From: an uncultured beta proteobacterium
Lineage (GTDB): Bacteria > Pseudomonadota > Gammaproteobacteria > Burkholderiales > SG8-39
DNA: 64,000 nt
Direction: 5' to 3'
Assembly: GCA_963827595.1 (NCBI GenBank)
Contig: CAWHBT010000004.1
Coordinates: 19,730-83,729 of the forward strand
In this document: positions 33,723-44,154 of the stretch, in pieces
Layout of the letters: each line of letters begins with the position of its first letter
How positions within the stretch are numbered: position 1 is the first letter of the stretch
Made by a program: the position numbers and the translations under genes
Notes under the pieces: generated by a model
What the model was told of the DNA's origin: nothing
The model's input: only the letters and a program-made list of their open reading frames with translations
Databases searched by the model: none

Positions 33723-34391
33723 GTGACGCACGCCGCCCTGCAGGACGGTCTGGGCTATCGGTTCCAGAACCCCCGGCTGCTGCAGCAGGCGTTGACCCAT
33801 CGCAGCCACGGCACGCCCCACAACGAGCGGCTCGAGTTCCTGGGGGACGGCGTCCTCAACTGCGTCATCGCCGCCGAGCTCTACACGCGGTTCGCCGGGC
33901 TGAACGAGGGCGAGCTGTCGCGCCTGCGCGCGAGCCTCGTCCGTGAGCTGCGGCTCCACGAGCTCGCGACCGGGCTCGCGCTGGGCGACGAGCTCAGCCT
34001 CGGCGAGGGTGAGCTGAAGAGCGGCGGCTTTCGTCGGCCCTCGATCCTGGCCGACGCGCTCGAGGCGCTGATCGGCGCGGTGTTCCTGGACGGCGGGTTC
34101 GAGGCGGCGCGGGGGGTCGTGGCGCGTCTCTACCGGCCGCTGCTCGAGACCCTCGATCCGAAGGGGACGGACAAGGATCCCAAAACGCAGCTCCAGGAGT
34201 GGCTCCAGAGCCGCAAGTATTCGCTGCCCCAGTACAGCGTGGTCGCCACCCATGGCGCGGCTCACGACCAGCGGTTCGAGGTCGAGTGCCTGGTGCGCGA
34301 GCTCGCCGTCCGCACCGTCGGCAGCGGGGCGAGCCGGCGGCTGGCCGAGCAGGAAGCGGCACGCGCGGCCTTCGAGCGCCTGCGCGAATGA
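33723..34391 (+). CDS. rnc: Ribonuclease III
   Basis: [12 protein letters not shown]; ds[11 protein letters not shown]. Confidence 0.97.
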   Translation: MTHAALQDGLGYRFQNPRLLQQALTHRSHGTPHNERLEFLGDGVLNCVIAAELYTRFAGLNEGELSRLRASLVRELRLHELATGLALGDELSLGEGELKSGGFRRPSILADALEALIGAVFLDGGFEAARGVVARLYRPLLETLDPKGTDKDPKTQLQEWLQSRKYSLPQYSVVATHGAAHDQRFEVECLVRELAVRTVGSGASRRLAEQEAARAAFERLRE

Positions 34392-35287
34392 CGGGCGACC
34401 TTGGATTCCGCTCCGGCACGGTCGCCATCGTCGGACGGCCCAACGTCGGGAAATCGACCCTGCTCAACGCCCTGGTCGGCCAGCGACTCAGCATCACGTC
34501 GCGCAAGCCGCAGACGACGCGCCACCGGATCAGCGGCATCCTCACGCGTCCGGGCGTCCAGTACGTGTTCGTCGACACGCCCGGGTTCCAGACGCGCCAC
34601 CGCGGTCCGCTCAACCGGCTCCTGAACCGCGCCGTCCGGCAGGCGCTCGCCGAAGTGGACGTGGTGCTCCTCGTCGTCGAGGCCGGGCGGTTCGACGACG
34701 AGGACCGCGCCGTAGTCGCGCTCCTGCCGGCGAAGACCCCGGTGTTCCTGGTGGTGAACAAGAGCGATCGGCAGCCGGGGCGCGAGCGAATGCTGCCGTT
34801 TCTCGCGCGCGCCGCGCGCGAGTTCGCCTTCGCCGAAGTGGTGCCGGTCAGCGCGACCAAGGCGCGGAACCTGCCGGAGCTCCTGAGGACGCTCGCGCGC
34901 TACCTCCCCGAGCAGCCGGCCATGTTCGACGAGGATGCGGTCACGGATCGGAGCGAGCGGTTCCTCGCCGCCGAGCTGGTCCGCGAGAAGCTCTTCCGCC
35001 TCCTCGGGGAGGAGCTGCCGTACGGCTGCGCCGTGACGATCGAGCGGTTCGAAGAGGACGGGCGGCTGCGGCGCGTCCACGCCGCGATCGTCGTCGACAA
35101 GGAGAACCACAAGGCCATCGTCATCGGCAAGGGAGGCGAGAAGCTGAAGGCGATCGCGACCGCCGCGCGCCGCGACATGGAGCAGCTCTTCGACGGCAAG
35201 GTCTTCCTCGAGGTCTGGGTGAAGGTGCGCCGCGGCTGGACGGAGGACGCCGTGGCGCTGCGGCGCCTGGGGTATGAGGATGTCTGA
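34388..35287 (+). CDS. era: GTPase Era
   Basis: [18 protein letters not shown]; KH motif VIGKGG. Confidence 0.97.
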   Translation: MTGDLGFRSGTVAIVGRPNVGKSTLLNALVGQRLSITSRKPQTTRHRISGILTRPGVQYVFVDTPGFQTRHRGPLNRLLNRAVRQALAEVDVVLLVVEAGRFDDEDRAVVALLPAKTPVFLVVNKSDRQPGRERMLPFLARAAREFAFAEVVPVSATKARNLPELLRTLARYLPEQPAMFDEDAVTDRSERFLAAELVREKLFRLLGEELPYGCAVTIERFEEDGRLRRVHAAIVVDKENHKAIVIGKGGEKLKAIATAARRDMEQLFDGKVFLEVWVKVRRGWTEDAVALRRLGYEDV

Positions 35288-36008
35288 GCGGCATCGCGTC
35301 GACCGGGCCGCGGCTTTCGCGCTGCATACGTATCCCTACAGCGAGACGAGCCTGCTGGTGGAGGCCTTCACGCGACCCCATGGGAGACTGCCCCTGCTCG
35401 CGAAGGGCGCGCGCCGGCCCGGATCGAGCCTCCGCTCCGTCCTGGTCGCGTTCCAGCCGCTCACCGCGAGCTGGTCCGGGCGCGGCGAGGTGCGGACGCT
35501 CGTGCGCAGCGAATGGCAAGGGGGTCAGCCGCTCCTGAGAGGGGAGGCGCTGCTGTGCGGCTTCTATCTGAACGAGCTGCTGCTGCGTCTGCTGCCGCGG
35601 GAGGACCCCCACGAAGTGCTGTTCGATCACTACGCGGCGGCGCTGGCTCGCCTCGCGACGGAGCGCGAGCAGGCGCCCATCCTGCGCGGGTTCGAGCGGC
35701 GGCTCCTGCAGGAGCTCGGATACGGCCTGGCGCTGGAGCGCGAGGCCGGGACGGGGGCGCCGCTCGACCCCGACCGCCTGTACCGATACGACCTGGAACG
35801 GGGCGCTACCGCCGTCGCGTCCGGGGCCGACGCCGGCGAGGGCCTCCTCATCGCCGGGCGGGCGCTGCTCGAGATCGCCCGCGACGACTACGCGGGCCCG
35901 TCCACGGCGCAGGCGGCGAAGCAGCTGATGCGGCTCGCGATCAACTACCGCCTCGATCGGCAACCCCTGCACAGCCGGACGATCTTCAAGGACCTCGCGA
36001 GCTTATGA
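35280..36008 (+). CDS. recO: DNA repair protein RecO
   Basis: [25 protein letters not shown]. Confidence 0.95.
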   Translation: MSERHRVDRAAAFALHTYPYSETSLLVEAFTRPHGRLPLLAKGARRPGSSLRSVLVAFQPLTASWSGRGEVRTLVRSEWQGGQPLLRGEALLCGFYLNELLLRLLPREDPHEVLFDHYAAALARLATEREQAPILRGFERRLLQELGYGLALEREAGTGAPLDPDRLYRYDLERGATAVASGADAGEGLLIAGRALLEIARDDYAGPSTAQAAKQLMRLAINYRLDRQPLHSRTIFKDLASL

Positions 36009-36051
36009 TGTACGGCTGGCGCGCAACTCCCGCGGGAGCCGTCGCTCAAAG

Positions 36052-36822
36052 ATGATCGAACTCGGCGTCAACATCGACCACGTGGCCACGGTCCGGCAGG
36101 CGCGCCGGACCTACGAGCCCGACCCGGTCTGGGCGGCGGTCGAGGCCCACCTCGGGGGCGCCGACGGGATCACCGTCCACCTGCGCGAGGACCGCCGGCA
36201 CATCCAGGACGAGGACGTCCGGCGCCTGCGCGAACTGACGCACATCAAGCTCAATCTCGAAATGGCGGCCACCGACGAGATGGTCGGGATCGCGCGGCGG
36301 ATCCGGCCCGAGATGGCGATGCTCGTCCCGGAGGGGCGGCAGGAGATCACCACCGAGGGCGGCCTCGACATCGTGGGCCGGGAGGCGCGCCTCCGGGAAG
36401 TCGTGGCACGCCTGGCCGATGCGGGGATCGTGGTGAGCGTCTTCATCGACGCCGATCGGCACCAGGTCGAGGCGGCGCAGCGGATCGGTGCCGCGGTCTG
36501 CGAGGTGCACACCGGCCCGTACGCCCACGCCTTCCACTCGCGGGGACGCGACGCGGAGAGTCCGCCGGTCGTCGCCGAGCTTGCCAAGCTCGCCGCGGCC
36601 GGGGCGGCGATCCGCGCCCAAGGCATGCGCTTCAACGCCGGACACGCGCTCAACTACGTCAACGTCGAGCCCGTCGCCCAGCTGCCCGCCATCCGCGAGC
36701 TTCACATCGGCCACGCCGTCGTGAGCCGCGCGGTGTTCGTCGGCATCCGCAACGCGGTCCGGGAGATGAAGACGCTCATCGTCGACGCGGCCACGCGCGC
36801 GGCCGTCCGGGAACGGCGGTGA
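36052..36822 (+). CDS. pdxJ: Pyridoxine 5'-phosphate synthase
   Basis: [24 protein letters not shown]. Confidence 0.97.
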   Translation: MIELGVNIDHVATVRQARRTYEPDPVWAAVEAHLGGADGITVHLREDRRHIQDEDVRRLRELTHIKLNLEMAATDEMVGIARRIRPEMAMLVPEGRQEITTEGGLDIVGREARLREVVARLADAGIVVSVFIDADRHQVEAAQRIGAAVCEVHTGPYAHAFHSRGRDAESPPVVAELAKLAAAGAAIRAQGMRFNAGHALNYVNVEPVAQLPAIRELHIGHAVVSRAVFVGIRNAVREMKTLIVDAATRAAVRERR

Positions 36823-37208
36823 TCGTCGGGATCGGTACCGACCTCGTCGAAATCGTGCGCGTCGAGCGCGCGCTCGAGCGTCATGGCGACCGCTTCGCGC
36901 GCCGGATCCTGGTGGCGCAGGAGTACGCGCGATTCGCGGCGCATCGGAAGCCGGCCGCGTATCTCGCCAAGCGCTTCGCGGCCAAGGAGGCGTTCTCGAA
37001 GGCGATGGGCACCGGCATCCGCGCGCCGGTGAACTGGCAGAACCTCGGCGTCGCGAACCACTCGTCCGGGCGGCCGTACTTCGAGCTCTCCGCGGCGCTC
37101 GCCGAACTCGTCCGCCGGCGCGGCATCCGGAGCGTGCACGTGAGCCTCACGGACGAGCGCGGAATGGCCGCGGCGTTCGTCGTCCTGGAAGGTCGCGATG
37201 ACGATTGA
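36819..37208 (+). CDS. acpS: Holo-ACP synthase
   Basis: [18 protein letters not shown]. Confidence 0.96.
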   Translation: MIVGIGTDLVEIVRVERALERHGDRFARRILVAQEYARFAAHRKPAAYLAKRFAAKEAFSKAMGTGIRAPVNWQNLGVANHSSGRPYFELSAALAELVRRRGIRSVHVSLTDERGMAAAFVVLEGRDDD

Positions 37209-38235
37209 TCGCCCGCTCGGTCCCGTCGTCGTCGACCTGGTGGGGCTGGAGCTGACCGCCGGCGAGCGCGAGCTCCTCGCCCATCCGCTGGTCGGCGGGG
37301 TGATCCTGTTCGCCAGGAACTATGCCGGCTCCGAGCAGCTGCGCGCACTCGCTCGATCCATTCGCGCAGTTCGCAGCCCGCCGCTCCTCGTCGCCGTGGA
37401 TCACGAGGGCGGGCGCGTGCAACGCTTCCTCGAGGGCGGCTTCACGCGCCTCCCGCCGATGCGCGCGCTCGGGCGGGTACACGACCGCAACCCGGCGCTA
37501 GCCGCGAACCTCGCCGGCGCGATCGGCGTGGTGCTGGCGGCGGAGCTTGCCGCGCACGGTGTCGATTTCAGCTTCACACCGGTGCTCGACGTCGATTTCG
37601 GCGCCTCGAGCGTGATCGGCGATCGCGCGTTTCACTCCGACCCTGGCGCGGTGGCGAGTCTCGCCGGAGCGCTCGTGGCCGGAATGGCGCGGATCGGGAT
37701 GGGTGCCGTCGGCAAGCATTTTCCCGGTCATGGGTACGTGCGGGCCGATTCCCACCACGAGGTGCCGGTCGACGGCCGCGATCTGGCGACGATCGAGGCG
37801 AACGATCTCGTCCCGTATCGAGCGCTGATCGGGCGCGGGCTCGCCGGGGTGATGCCGGCGCACGTCATCTACCCGGAGGTGGACCCCCGGCCGGCGGGGT
37901 TCTCGCCGGTCTGGCTGAAGGACATCCTCCGCGGCCGGCTCGGGTTCGACGGGATCGTCTTCAGCGACGACCTGTCGATGGAGGGCGCAGCCGTCGCCGG
38001 GGACATCGTCGAGCGGGGGCGCGCCGCGCTCGACGCCGGGTGCGACATCGTCCTCGTGTGCAACGCCCCGGACGCAGCGCAACGCCTGCTCGACGGGCTG
38101 GAGGCGGAGCGCCTCGATGCGTCGCGGACCGGGAGGATGCGGCGCCCGCGCGCGGTCGAGCCGGAGCGGCTGCCCGACTACGGGGCGGCGTTGGCCGAAG
38201 TCAGGCGCGAGCGCGAAGGCGGTGTGCTCGCCTGA
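37198..38235 (+). CDS. nagZ: Beta-N-acetylhexosaminidase (GH3)
   Basis: DHEGGRVQR, KHFPGHG, DSH, SDDLSM. Confidence 0.95.
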   Translation: MTIDRPLGPVVVDLVGLELTAGERELLAHPLVGGVILFARNYAGSEQLRALARSIRAVRSPPLLVAVDHEGGRVQRFLEGGFTRLPPMRALGRVHDRNPALAANLAGAIGVVLAAELAAHGVDFSFTPVLDVDFGASSVIGDRAFHSDPGAVASLAGALVAGMARIGMGAVGKHFPGHGYVRADSHHEVPVDGRDLATIEANDLVPYRALIGRGLAGVMPAHVIYPEVDPRPAGFSPVWLKDILRGRLGFDGIVFSDDLSMEGAAVAGDIVERGRAALDAGCDIVLVCNAPDAAQRLLDGLEAERLDASRTGRMRRPRAVEPERLPDYGAALAEVRREREGGVLA

Positions 38236-38243
38236 GCTCGCGG

Positions 38244-38810
38244 TCAGGCACGCTCGATGTACGTGCCGTCGTCGGTGTTGACTTTGATCTTCTCGCCGGC
38301 CTCGATGAACGGCGGGACCTGCACCACCAGCCCGGTCTCCGTCTTCGCCGGCTTGAAGGAGGTTGTTGCGGTGGCGCCCTTGATGTTCGGATCGGTCTCG
38401 ACGACGGCCAGGACGACGCTGGGCGGGAGCTCGACCCCGATCGGCCGCTCGTTGTGGAAGTTGATCTGGACGTCGGTGTTCGGCAGCAGGAACTCGGTCT
38501 GGCCCTCGAGCGCCTCCGCCGCAAGCGTGAGCTGCTCGTAGGTGTCCTTGTCCATGAAGACGTAGCTGTCACCCTCCTGGTAGAGGTATTGCATCTGGCG
38601 CGGCTCGACGTACGCGCGCTCGACCTTCTCGTCGGTGCGGAAGCGGGTGTTGGTCTTGGTGCCGGCCTCGATGTCCTTCATCTCGACCTGCATGAACGCG
38701 CCGCCGCGCCCGCCGACGTGCACGTGATACGATTTCAACACCCGCCAGACGCGCTTGTCCCATTCGAGCAGGTTGCCGACGCGGATCTCGGTCGCGAGCG
38801 CTTTCGCCAT
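38244..38810 (-). CDS. efp: Elongation factor P family protein (atypical GGRGG loop)
   Basis: KPAKTETGLVVQVPPFI..YIERA C-terminal signature; position beside uvrC. Confidence 0.92.
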   Translation of the reverse strand: MAKALATEIRVGNLLEWDKRVWRVLKSYHVHVGGRGGAFMQVEMKDIEAGTKTNTRFRTDEKVERAYVEPRQMQYLYQEGDSYVFMDKDTYEQLTLAAEALEGQTEFLLPNTDVQINFHNERPIGVELPPSVVLAVVETDPNIKGATATTSFKPAKTETGLVVQVPPFIEAGEKIKVNTDDGTYIERA

Positions 38811-38904
38811 GGCCGGTTGCCAGGTGTGGTGAGAAAGGGGCGGAATTCTACCTCGCCGCGCGCCGTGCCGTCGCGTCGCGTTCCCGATCGGGACCGTTAG
38901 CCCC

Positions 38905-40701
38905 GTGTTCGACGCCGCTACGCTCATTGCCGATCTGCCGCACCGCCCGGGCGTCTACCGCATGCGCAACGCCGGCGGCGACGTGCTCTATGTCGGCAAG
39001 GCCCGCGACCTCCGGAAGCGCGTCGCCTCGTACTTCCAGAAGTCCGACCACGGCCCGCGAACCCAGGTCATGCTCTCCCAGGTCGCCGGCGTCGAGGTGA
39101 CCGTGACGCGGTCGGAGGCCGAAGCGCTGATCCTCGAGAACAACCTCATCAAGTCGCTCGCGCCGCGCTACAACATCCTGTTCCGGGACGACAAGTCGTA
39201 CCCGTACCTGATGGTCACCGGGGATGCGTTCCCGCGGCTCGGGTTCCACCGCGGCGCGCTCGAGAGGCAGCACGCGTACTACGGGCCGTTCCCCAATGCC
39301 GGGGCGGTGCGCGAGAGCATCCAGCTGCTGCAGAAGGTGTTTCGGCTGCGCACCTGCGAGGACTCGGTCTTCCAGAACCGCTCGCGGCCGTGCCTGCTGC
39401 ACCAGCTCAGCCGCTGCTCGGCGCCATGCGTCGGGCTGATCGACCAGGCGAGCTACGCCGCCGACGTGCGGAACGCGAAGCTCTTCATGGACGGTCGCGA
39501 GGACGACGTCATGTCGGCGCTGGCGGCCCGCATGCAGACCGCCGCCGACTCGCTCGACTACGAGCGCGCCGCGGTGCACCGCGACCAGATTCGTTCACTC
39601 GCCAAGGTGCAGGGCCGCCAGTACGTGGACACCTCCAAGGCCCTCGACGCCGACGCGATCGCCTGCGCCATCGAGCAGGAGATCGCGTGCGTGAACCTGG
39701 CGATGATTCGCAACGGCCGCTACCTGGGCGACAAGAGCTTCTTCCCGCAGCACGCGGAGGGCCGATCGCCCGGGGAAGTGGTCGGCGCGTTCCTCGCCCA
39801 GCACTACCTGCAGAGCCCGCCGCCAGGCCTGGTGATCGTCGGCGACGACGTCGACGCGGACGAGCTGGCCGGTGCGATCGCGGAGCACGCCGGCCGCCCG
39901 CTGCAGATCGTGTCGCGTCCGCACGCGGAGCGGCGCGCCTGGCTCGAGATGGCCGAGCGGAACGCCCGGCAGGCGCTGGCCCAACGGGCCCGGGAGCAGG
40001 GCACGCAGGAGACCCGGCTCGCGGCGATGCGGGAAGCCCTCGGGCTCGCGGCCTCGGTGCAGCGCATCGAGTGCTTCGACATCAGCCATACCCACGGCGA
40101 GGCGACGGTCGCGGCCTGCGTGATTTACGATCACTACCGGATGCGGAACTCCGAGTATCGGCGCTACAACATCACCGGCATCCAGCCCGGGGACGACTAC
40201 GCGGCGATGCGCGACGTGCTCCAGCGGCGCTACGAAAAGGTCGCGCGCGGCGAAGGGGTGATCCCGGACCTGATCCTCGTCGATGGCGGGAAAGGTCAGG
40301 TCAATGCCGCCCGGGTGGTGCTCGTGGAGCTCGGCTTCGCGGATCTCGACCTCGTGGGCGTCGCGAAGGGTCCCGAGCGCAAGCCCGGGCTGGAGGAGCT
40401 CGTTATGGCTGACGGTCGCGTGCTGCACCTCGACAAGGAGCACCCCGGCTTGCACCTGATCCAGCAGATCCGGGACGAGGCGCATCGGTTCGCGATCACG
40501 GGTCATCGCCAGCGGCGGGCGAAGCAGCGCGTCACGTCGACGCTGGAGTCGATCTCCGGCATCGGCTCGAAGCGCCGCCGCCAGCTGCTCGAGCGGTTCG
40601 GCGGACTGAAAGGCGTGCAGGCGGCGAGCGTCGAAGACCTGGCGCAGGTCGAGGGCATCAGTCGGACGCTGGCCGAGCGCATCTACCGGGAGCTGCACTG
40701 A
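38905..40701 (+). CDS. uvrC: Excinuclease ABC subunit C
   Basis: GVY..YVGKA (GIY-YIG), ECFDISH, DGGKGQ, RDEAHRFA, HhH. Confidence 0.98.
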   Translation: MFDAATLIADLPHRPGVYRMRNAGGDVLYVGKARDLRKRVASYFQKSDHGPRTQVMLSQVAGVEVTVTRSEAEALILENNLIKSLAPRYNILFRDDKSYPYLMVTGDAFPRLGFHRGALERQHAYYGPFPNAGAVRESIQLLQKVFRLRTCEDSVFQNRSRPCLLHQLSRCSAPCVGLIDQASYAADVRNAKLFMDGREDDVMSALAARMQTAADSLDYERAAVHRDQIRSLAKVQGRQYVDTSKALDADAIACAIEQEIACVNLAMIRNGRYLGDKSFFPQHAEGRSPGEVVGAFLAQHYLQSPPPGLVIVGDDVDADELAGAIAEHAGRPLQIVSRPHAERRAWLEMAERNARQALAQRAREQGTQETRLAAMREALGLAASVQRIECFDISHTHGEATVAACVIYDHYRMRNSEYRRYNITGIQPGDDYAAMRDVLQRRYEKVARGEGVIPDLILVDGGKGQVNAARVVLVELGFADLDLVGVAKGPERKPGLEELVMADGRVLHLDKEHPGLHLIQQIRDEAHRFAITGHRQRRAKQRVTSTLESISGIGSKRRRQLLERFGGLKGVQAASVEDLAQVEGISRTLAERIYRELH

Positions 40702-41285
40702 TGCTGTTCAGCCTTCCCAATCTCCTGACCTGGCTGCGAATCCTGGCGATCCCGCTGCTCCTCGCGATCTACTATCTCCCCGACCGGTGGCTCGACCCGC
40801 ACGAGAAGAACCTCGCTGCCACCATCCTGTTCGTCGGGGCCGCAGTCACCGACTGGCTGGACGGCTACCTGGCGCGGCGTCTGAACCAGACTTCCGCGTT
40901 CGGAGCGTTCCTCGACCCGGTTGCGGACAAGCTGATGGTGGCGGCGGCCCTGATCGTGCTCCTCCAGCTCAACCGCGTCGACGCCATCGTGGCCGTGATC
41001 ATCATCGGCCGCGAGATCGCGATCTCCGCGCTGCGCGAATGGATGGCCAAGATGGGGAAGGGCAAGAGCGTCGCGGTCAACTTCCTCGGCAAGATCAAGA
41101 CCGTCTCGCAGCTCGTGGCGATCCCGCTCCTGCTGTACCACGACCCGATCGGCCGATGGTTCGACTCGTTTCGCATCGGCACCTGGCTCGTCTATCTGGC
41201 GGCGGCCCTGACGCTCCTGTCGATGTTCTACTACCTGAAACTCGCCGCGCCGCACGCGTTCGGGCGAGGGGAGGGTGGGGCCTGA
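40701..41285 (+). CDS. pgsA: CDP-DAG-glycerol-3-phosphate phosphatidyltransferase
   Basis: DWLDGYLAR..GAFLDPVADK. Confidence 0.96.
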   Translation: MLFSLPNLLTWLRILAIPLLLAIYYLPDRWLDPHEKNLAATILFVGAAVTDWLDGYLARRLNQTSAFGAFLDPVADKLMVAAALIVLLQLNRVDAIVAVIIIGREIAISALREWMAKMGKGKSVAVNFLGKIKTVSQLVAIPLLLYHDPIGRWFDSFRIGTWLVYLAAALTLLSMFYYLKLAAPHAFGRGEGGA

Positions 41286-41320
41286 GCGTCGGTTGCGTCA
41301 CCGGACGGGGAGTCGCACGC

Positions 41321-41350
41321 TTGACCCTCGCTTCGGCGGGCGAGTAAAAT
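41321..41350 (+). promoter_or_regulatory. Sigma70 promoter of the tRNA cluster
   Basis: TTGACC-N18-TAAAAT, 13 nt before tRNA-Gly. Confidence 0.7.
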
Positions 41351-41363
41351 TCCTCTTCACATC

Positions 41364-41439
41364 GCGGGAATAGCTCAGTTGGTAGAGCGCAACCTTGCCA
41401 AGGTTGAGGTCGCGAGTTCGAGACTCGTTTCCCGCTCCA
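41364..41439 (+). tRNA. tRNA-Gly (GCC)
   Basis: GCGGGAATAGCTCAG..CTTGCCAAGG..TTCCCGCTCCA, 76 nt. Confidence 0.98.
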
Positions 41440-41447
41440 GATTCTCG

Positions 41448-41476
41448 CGAGGGAAAGCGGTTAGCGCTTTCCCTCG
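41448..41476 (+). other. 12-bp hairpin between the two tRNAs
   Basis: CGAGGGAAAGCG-GTTAG-CGCTTTCCCTCG. Confidence 0.6.
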
Positions 41477-41496
41477 TTCGTTTAGTCCCGAGTCGC

Positions 41497-41570
41497 GGCG
41501 GGGTGGCAGAGTGGTCATGCAGCGGCCTGCAAAGCCGTGTACGCCGGTTCGATTCCGACCCCCGCCTCCA
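41497..41570 (+). tRNA. tRNA-Cys (GCA)
   Basis: GGCGGGGTGGCAGAG..CTGCAAA..CCCCGCCTCCA, 74 nt. Confidence 0.97.
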
Positions 41571-41619
41571 AAACTCTGATCAGAAGAGGCGTGCGTCCCC
41601 TTTTCAGCCCTGGGCGTTC

Positions 41620-42621
41620 ATGAAACGCAAAGCCAGACCCGCGACGTCGTTGAAGCTGAAGCTCCTCGGGCCGCTGTTCGCCGCCGAAGCGAGTGGCGTC
41701 GATCTGAGAAAGCCGCTCAATCTGGCAGTGGTTCGGGCGATCGAGGAAGCGATGGACCGGTACGCGATGCTGGTATTCCATGACCAGCCGCTGAGCGAGG
41801 ACGAGCAGATCGCGTTCGCGCGCAGCTTGGGACCGCTGAATGGGGGGTTGCGCAAGGCCACGGGTGCCTCCACCCGGTTCAAGTACGATGAGCTCATCGA
41901 TATCTCGAACGTCGCGCAGGACGGCGAGGTCGTCGCACGCGACGACGCGAAGCTCGTCGGCGCCATCGCGAATCAACTCTGGCACAGCGACAGCTCGTTT
42001 CAGGATGCCCCGATTGCCTATTCGATGCTGTCGGCGGTTGTGGTGCCGGCGGAGGGCGGCGAGACCGAGTTCGCCGATCTGCGCGCCGCCTACGACGCGC
42101 TGCCCCCGAAGATCAAACGGGAGATCGAGGGCCTCGTGGCGCGGCACTCCGCCTTTCATTCGAGGTTCCTGCTGGGCGACAACCGGTACACCGCGGAACA
42201 GCTGAAGGTTTTCCCCTCGGTGGACTGGCCGTTGGTGCGCATACACCCGGGGTCAAAGCGCAAGGTGCTGTTCGTCGGCGCGCACTGCACCGAGATCCTC
42301 GGAATGACGGTGCCCGAGGGCCGGATGTTCCTGGCCGACCTGATCGAGCACGCGACGCAGCGCAGGTTCGTCCACCGGCACGAATGGCGGTCTGGCGACC
42401 TCGTGATGTGGGACAATCGCTGCACGCTGCACCGCGGGCGCCGCTACGATCTGTCGCAGCGACGCGACCTTCGGCGCACGACCACCGAGGAAAGAACAGC
42501 TCGGGCGCCAGCGGAGCGACGACGAATACCCTTCGAGCCGGCAGTCCGTCGCATTGTCGCGTGCGGACGAAGCCTTCGGCATCGAAATACCGGCCAACCA
42601 CCGAGGGGATACAACCCATGA
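41620..42621 (+). CDS. TauD/TfdA-family Fe(II)/2-oxoglutarate dioxygenase (TfdA-like)
   Basis: NQLWHSDSSF (HxD), GGETEFADLRAAYDAL, WDNRCTLHRG. Confidence 0.92.
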   Translation: MKRKARPATSLKLKLLGPLFAAEASGVDLRKPLNLAVVRAIEEAMDRYAMLVFHDQPLSEDEQIAFARSLGPLNGGLRKATGASTRFKYDELIDISNVAQDGEVVARDDAKLVGAIANQLWHSDSSFQDAPIAYSMLSAVVVPAEGGETEFADLRAAYDALPPKIKREIEGLVARHSAFHSRFLLGDNRYTAEQLKVFPSVDWPLVRIHPGSKRKVLFVGAHCTEILGMTVPEGRMFLADLIEHATQRRFVHRHEWRSGDLVMWDNRCTLHRGRRYDLSQRRDLRRTTTEERTARAPAERRRIPFEPAVRRIVACGRSLRHRNTGQPPRGYNP

Positions 42622-43628
42622 CGCAGCGATTCGGGAGCATCGTCAGCGGCCTGTTGGCGCTCGCGGCCGTTTGCTTGAGCGTGTCCGGCGGCGGCGCCGC
42701 GCAAGCTCAGGGCAGGGAGCTGACGATGGGCAACGTCAATCCGCCCAAGCACGGAACGTCGCTCGCTGCCCAGGAGTTTATCGACAAGCTGGCCGTAGTG
42801 TCCGGCGGCAGGCTCAAGGCAGTCCACCATCACTCCGGGGCGCTGGGCGGGGAGCGCGAGGTCGCGCAGCAGATACAGCTCGGGACGGTCGACTTCGGGC
42901 CGATCACGACGGCGCCGCTGTCGACGCTGGTGCCGGAGATGTCGGTGTTCCAGTTGCCGTACATCTTTCGCGACTACGACCATGTCTTCAAGGCGCTCGA
43001 CGGCGGCGATACCTTGCAGGTGTACTACGACGCCGTGCTCGACCGGCGCGGATTCAAGCTCGTGGGCTTCATCGCCGCGGGCTACCGCGGGATCTACGGT
43101 CATTACCCGATCAATGGGCTCGCCGACGTGAAAGGCAGGAAGGTGCGCGTGCAGGAGGACAAGATCCTGGTCGCGACTTTCAAGGCGCTCGGCATGATCT
43201 CCACCCCGATCGCCTTCCCGGAAGTCGCGACGTCGCTCCAGACCAGGGTGATCGACTTTGCCGAAGGCGGGGTCAACACGTTCTATCACAACAAGTTCTA
43301 CGACATCGTCAAGAACGTCGCGGACGTCCGTCACACGCATCAGTGCGTCGCGCTGGTCATGTCGAAGAGCTCATTCCAAAAACTGGACCCCGCCGGCCAG
43401 AAAGCCGTCCGCGATGCCTGGGAGCAGGCACGGCAGTTCAATCGTAAGTTCATCCTCGAGGAAGACCAGTCGCTCCAGGAGCAAGTGCGCGCCAAGGGCG
43501 TGGCGATCACCAAGCCGGATGCCACACCGTTCCGGCAAGCCACGCAGAGCGTGTACGAGGAGTTCTATGCGACGCCGGCGGGCAAGGACGCCCGCAAGAT
43601 GGTGGACTACATCCTCAGCGTGAAGTAG
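42618..43628 (+). CDS. TRAP transporter substrate-binding protein (DctP)
   Basis: Signal peptide, GALGGERE, LPYIF, KGRKVRV. Confidence 0.92.
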   Translation: MTQRFGSIVSGLLALAAVCLSVSGGGAAQAQGRELTMGNVNPPKHGTSLAAQEFIDKLAVVSGGRLKAVHHHSGALGGEREVAQQIQLGTVDFGPITTAPLSTLVPEMSVFQLPYIFRDYDHVFKALDGGDTLQVYYDAVLDRRGFKLVGFIAAGYRGIYGHYPINGLADVKGRKVRVQEDKILVATFKALGMISTPIAFPEVATSLQTRVIDFAEGGVNTFYHNKFYDIVKNVADVRHTHQCVALVMSKSSFQKLDPAGQKAVRDAWEQARQFNRKFILEEDQSLQEQVRAKGVAITKPDATPFRQATQSVYEEFYATPAGKDARKMVDYILSVK

Positions 43629-43632
43629 CCGC

Positions 43633-44154
43633 GTGACCTCCGACGCTGGAGGTCAGGCCGCGGACCAGGCGCCCGCGGGAGGGATCTGGGGGCGCTTCTA
43701 TGAAGGGCTCGGCTACCTCGCCGGCCTGATCCTGGCGATCATGGCGGGCGCGGTCTTTCTGCAGGTCATGCTGCGCTACGCCGGCTGGGCCGGGATCGAC
43801 GGGCTCGACGAAGTGCCGCGCTATCTCTTCGTGTGGCTGGTCATGCTCGGCGCGGCGGCGGCGATGCATCGTGGCGAGCACACGCTCCTCGGTTATTTTC
43901 GTGACCGCCTGGGTCGGCGCGGGCGCGCCCTGGCGATCATCGTCGCGAACGCGGCGGGAATCGCGCTGTTCGCCTATTTCATCAAGCTGAGCTTCGTCCT
44001 CGTCCCGAACGCGCACTTGCAGACCAGCGCGGGTCTCGGACTGCCGCTCGGCTATGTCTACGCCGCCGTGCCGGTGGGCGCCACGCTCATCATCCTGCCC
44101 ATGGCACGCGTCCTCCTCCTCGCACTGCGCGATCTGTGGCCGAGACACTCCTGA
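43633..44154 (+). CDS. TRAP small permease (DctQ)
   Basis: QVMLRY, DEVPRYLFVWLVMLGA; 4 TM segments. Confidence 0.9.
   Translation: MTSDAGGQAADQAPAGGIWGRFYEGLGYLAGLILAIMAGAVFLQVMLRYAGWAGIDGLDEVPRYLFVWLVMLGAAAAMHRGEHTLLGYFRDRLGRRGRALAIIVANAAGIALFAYFIKLSFVLVPNAHLQTSAGLGLPLGYVYAAVPVGATLIILPMARVLLLALRDLWPRHS

Noticed and set aside
41395-41619. N-terminal extension of the dioxygenase ORF
   Set aside because: Runs through two tRNA genes; the true start is near 41620
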